The position numbers and the translations under genes are program-made. Below, one piece after another: positions 62,901 to 64,000 of a DNA stretch of 64,000 nt. Under the pieces are notes generated by a model. That model saw nothing but the letters and a program-made list of their open reading frames with translations, was not told the DNA's origin and did not search any database. Positions within the stretch are counted from its first letter, which is position 1. Every line of letters begins with the position of its first letter. The DNA lies in NCBI GenBank assembly GCA_016706425.1, contig JADJJR010000001.1, forward strand, positions 491,133 to 555,132. Direction: 5' to 3'. The stretch comes from Elusimicrobiota bacterium. GTDB lineage: Bacteria > Elusimicrobiota > Elusimicrobia > FEN-1173.

Positions 62901-64000
62901 AGACGAGGATCGGCCGGCCGAATGGTTGGGTTGGGAAGTGCGGTCCATTCAGTTGCCGGACGGGCAGACCCTGCGCGTGGCCCTGCGGCCGGGCAACCCG
63001 GCGGTCCCCGGCGTGGTTTACATATACGGAGGGGGGGAAGCGGCGTTCAACCCCGCCTTGGATTTTGGCGAAGCCACCGTCGTGATCATCGAGCGGCGCA
63101 CCGAGGTGAAAGCCCAAGAACTGATTCTGAAAGCCGCCGCGGATATTCGTCTGGTCCTTCCCCGACTCGAAAGCCAGAACATCCATTTCCCGCAGGGATT
63201 TTTCCTGGTGGGCCACTCCTTGGGGGGGCACATCGCGGCGGAACTGGCCACCGCGTCGCCGACGGCCTTCGCCCGGAAAATCCGCGGGATTGCCACCATC
63301 AATTGGGCGGTGCCGCAGCCGGCTTTCATCGGGCAAATGAACGCGGTGATCGGGTGGATGAATCAGTCGGTGCGGGTCTTCTCGCTGTTCACTTTCTGGC
63401 CTTTCGTGCCCGCCCAATGGGCGAAGTTCCGTGAAACCGCCATCAAAAATCTCGACCGTTTGATTGTTCCCCTCACGGCGCACGCCTATCAAATCGTGAC
63501 AGGCCGTACCCTGGTGTTCGACAAACACTTCGCGCCCCTCAGCCAGGCCGCGGCGGAATCGGAAGCTCTGCAGCACTATTTGCGGGACCGATTTTCTCAA
63601 ACTTGGGCAACTTTTGAACGGGAAAACACCCTCCCCATCCTCCTCATTCGGAACACAAACGATCCCTTGACCTACGGATTGGCGGCCCGCGTTCGCGACC
63701 TCCACGTTTCCGATGAATTCTCCGACCAACGTCCGGTCCGTTGGGCGGTCAATTTGATGACGGGCGACCACCCGGCGGAGTGGCACAGTCCTCACATGGA
63801 CGCGAGCCAAGTGGCGCTGGTGGCGGACGCCCTAAAGCAGTTTATGAAGCACGCGACGGCGCCGGCGGGGGAAAACGTGCTCGACTTCCCGCCCGCGGTG
63901 GCCCGCGCTCCCCGCGTTGAATTTCGCCAATGGGGCCTCTTGGGTTCCCTGGGTTTTGCGGTGGGGCTCGCGACCCTGTCGATGGTCTATTTGGCCGGTG
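47956..64000 (+). CDS. Giant multidomain protein, 5' part (at least 5348 codons open to the window end, so not in the ORF track). Order: signal-like N-terminus, conserved N-terminal module, HDIG, GHKL kinase-like x2, UGPase-like, glycogen-synthase-like GT-B, alpha-glucan-phosphorylase-like GT-B, beta-rich domain, TM cluster, GHKL #3, GxSxG alpha/beta-hydrolase, TM helix
   Basis: Frame 1 has no stop from the ATG at 47956 to nt 64000. The previous frame-1 stop is at 47944-47946. The N-terminus is [42 protein letters not shown]. I spot-translated multiple segments (listed in the domain entries) and all are in frame 1. Confidence 0.8.
   Translation, partial: [5348 protein letters not shown]
48250..49600 (+). 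other. Conserved N-terminal module paralogous to the minus-strand giant protein
   Basis: ...[26 protein letters not shown]...VVGLEGAVG...APRSP...[18 protein letters not shown]...GRYFAFL...[15 protein letters not shown]...[10 protein letters not shown]...[23 protein letters not shown]...[13 protein letters not shown]...FAVVAP. Confidence 0.6.
50250..50720 (+). other. HDIG-type HD phosphohydrolase domain
   Basis: [40 protein letters not shown] (HD at 50374-50379) with downstream conserved His/Asp (..[10 protein letters not shown].., ..[10 protein letters not shown]..). Confidence 0.6.
51230..51650 (+). other. GHKL/HATPase_c-like domain 1 (RsbW/SpoIIAB-type Ser kinase fold)
   Basis: The N-box-like motif is [42 protein letters not shown]. 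A G-rich segment lies downstream ([11 protein letters not shown]). Confidence 0.5.
52000..52450 (+). other. GHKL/HATPase_c-like domain 2
   Basis: [37 protein letters not shown]...[15 protein letters not shown]. Confidence 0.5.
53980..55000 (+). other. UDP-glucose pyrophosphorylase (UDPGP/UGPase family)-like nucleotidyltransferase domain with a divergent G-loop
   Basis: [16 protein letters not shown] corresponds to UGPase [30 protein letters not shown] corresponds to [36 protein letters not shown]...[15 protein letters not shown] corresponds to YIFVSNIDNLGATVDL...EVTNKTRADVKGGTL. Confidence 0.6.
55960..57600 (+). other. Glycogen/starch-synthase-like GT-B (GT5-like) domain
   Basis: The N-terminal motif is [40 protein letters not shown] (compare GlgA EvAPfaKtGGLgDVvgaLPkaL). 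The C-terminal half reads ...[37 protein letters not shown]... then ...[37 protein letters not shown]. Confidence 0.7.
58870..60520 (+). other. Second GT-B domain resembling the alpha-glucan phosphorylase (GT35/GlgP-like) and glycogen-synthase family
   Basis: [30 protein letters not shown] (compare aYFSmEfgl...YsGGLGvLAGD), ...[14 protein letters not shown]..., ...[20 protein letters not shown]... and the C-terminal Rossmann half [15 protein letters not shown]...VVLFAPI... Confidence 0.5.
61740..61960 (+). other. GHKL/HATPase_c-like domain 3 (clearest anti-sigma-factor-kinase-like N-box)
   Basis: [46 protein letters not shown] polytopic TM cluster precedes it (about 61130-61560). Confidence 0.55.
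62950..63800 (+). other. Alpha/beta-hydrolase (lipase/esterase-type) domain
   Basis: The nucleophile elbow is [16 protein letters not shown] (GHSLGG at about 63211-63228). It is preceded by [12 protein letters not shown] (an oxyanion-region-like motif). Downstream Asp/His candidates are ...NTNDPLT... and ...GDHPAEWH. Confidence 0.55.

Noticed and set aside
1-64000. CRISPR arrays, rRNA genes, IS elements or transposases, integrases, phage genes
   Set aside because: No direct-repeat/spacer periodicity and no rRNA-like conserved stretches were seen. No transposase- or integrase-like ORF was recognised in any frame. The lower-GC pilin island has no visible integrase or att-site signature.

Overview
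This is a GC-rich window (about two-thirds G+C by eye) from a diderm bacterium. BamA/Omp85, TolC-like, OprO/P-porin and T9SS-type CTD genes support a Gram-negative envelope. The first gene encodes a CARDB/FN3 surface protein with a T9SS-like C-terminal domain; this weakly suggests an FCB-group or Gemmatimonadota-like lineage, but I cannot verify it.

The left half is mostly housekeeping and accessory operons. In order they are: a partial MFS gene, the surface protein, a metY-metX-metW methionine operon behind a long terminator-containing leader, an OprO/P-family porin plus sbp-cysT-cysW, a CzcCBA-type heavy-metal RND efflux module with small periplasmic accessory genes, a hemerythrin, a DMT gene, an operon of a histone-H1-like protein with a DsbA-like protein, a MauE-like protein and an M48 protease, tRNA-Phe, an SRPBCC protein and a class II photolyase. 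A lower-GC island follows, carrying three prepilin-type (type IV pilin-like) genes. After it comes a minus-strand DenV-like pyrimidine-dimer glycosylase gene.

The most striking content is two giant paralogous multidomain genes:
- A minus-strand gene (29719..39735) of about 3338 aa carries a signal peptide, a conserved N-terminal module, a GT2 domain, an OpgH-like processive glucan-synthase domain, an FHA domain, a LysM domain and a zincin-like HExxH motif.
- A plus-strand gene (47956 to beyond the window end) stays open for at least 5348 codons. It carries the same N-terminal module, an HDIG domain, three RsbW-like GHKL kinase domains, a UDP-glucose-pyrophosphorylase-like domain, a glycogen-synthase-like GT-B domain, an alpha-glucan-phosphorylase-like GT-B domain and a GxSxG alpha/beta-hydrolase.

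Between the two lie DUF2784, a PH-like membrane protein, a short Omp85-family outer-membrane protein, yebC-ruvCAB, spoIID-like and queA genes. Together the giant genes look like a previously undescribed, signalling-coupled glucan mega-synthase system.

Many long antisense ORFs in the six-frame track are artefacts of GC-richness and were rejected. No CRISPR, rRNA or transposase genes were seen.
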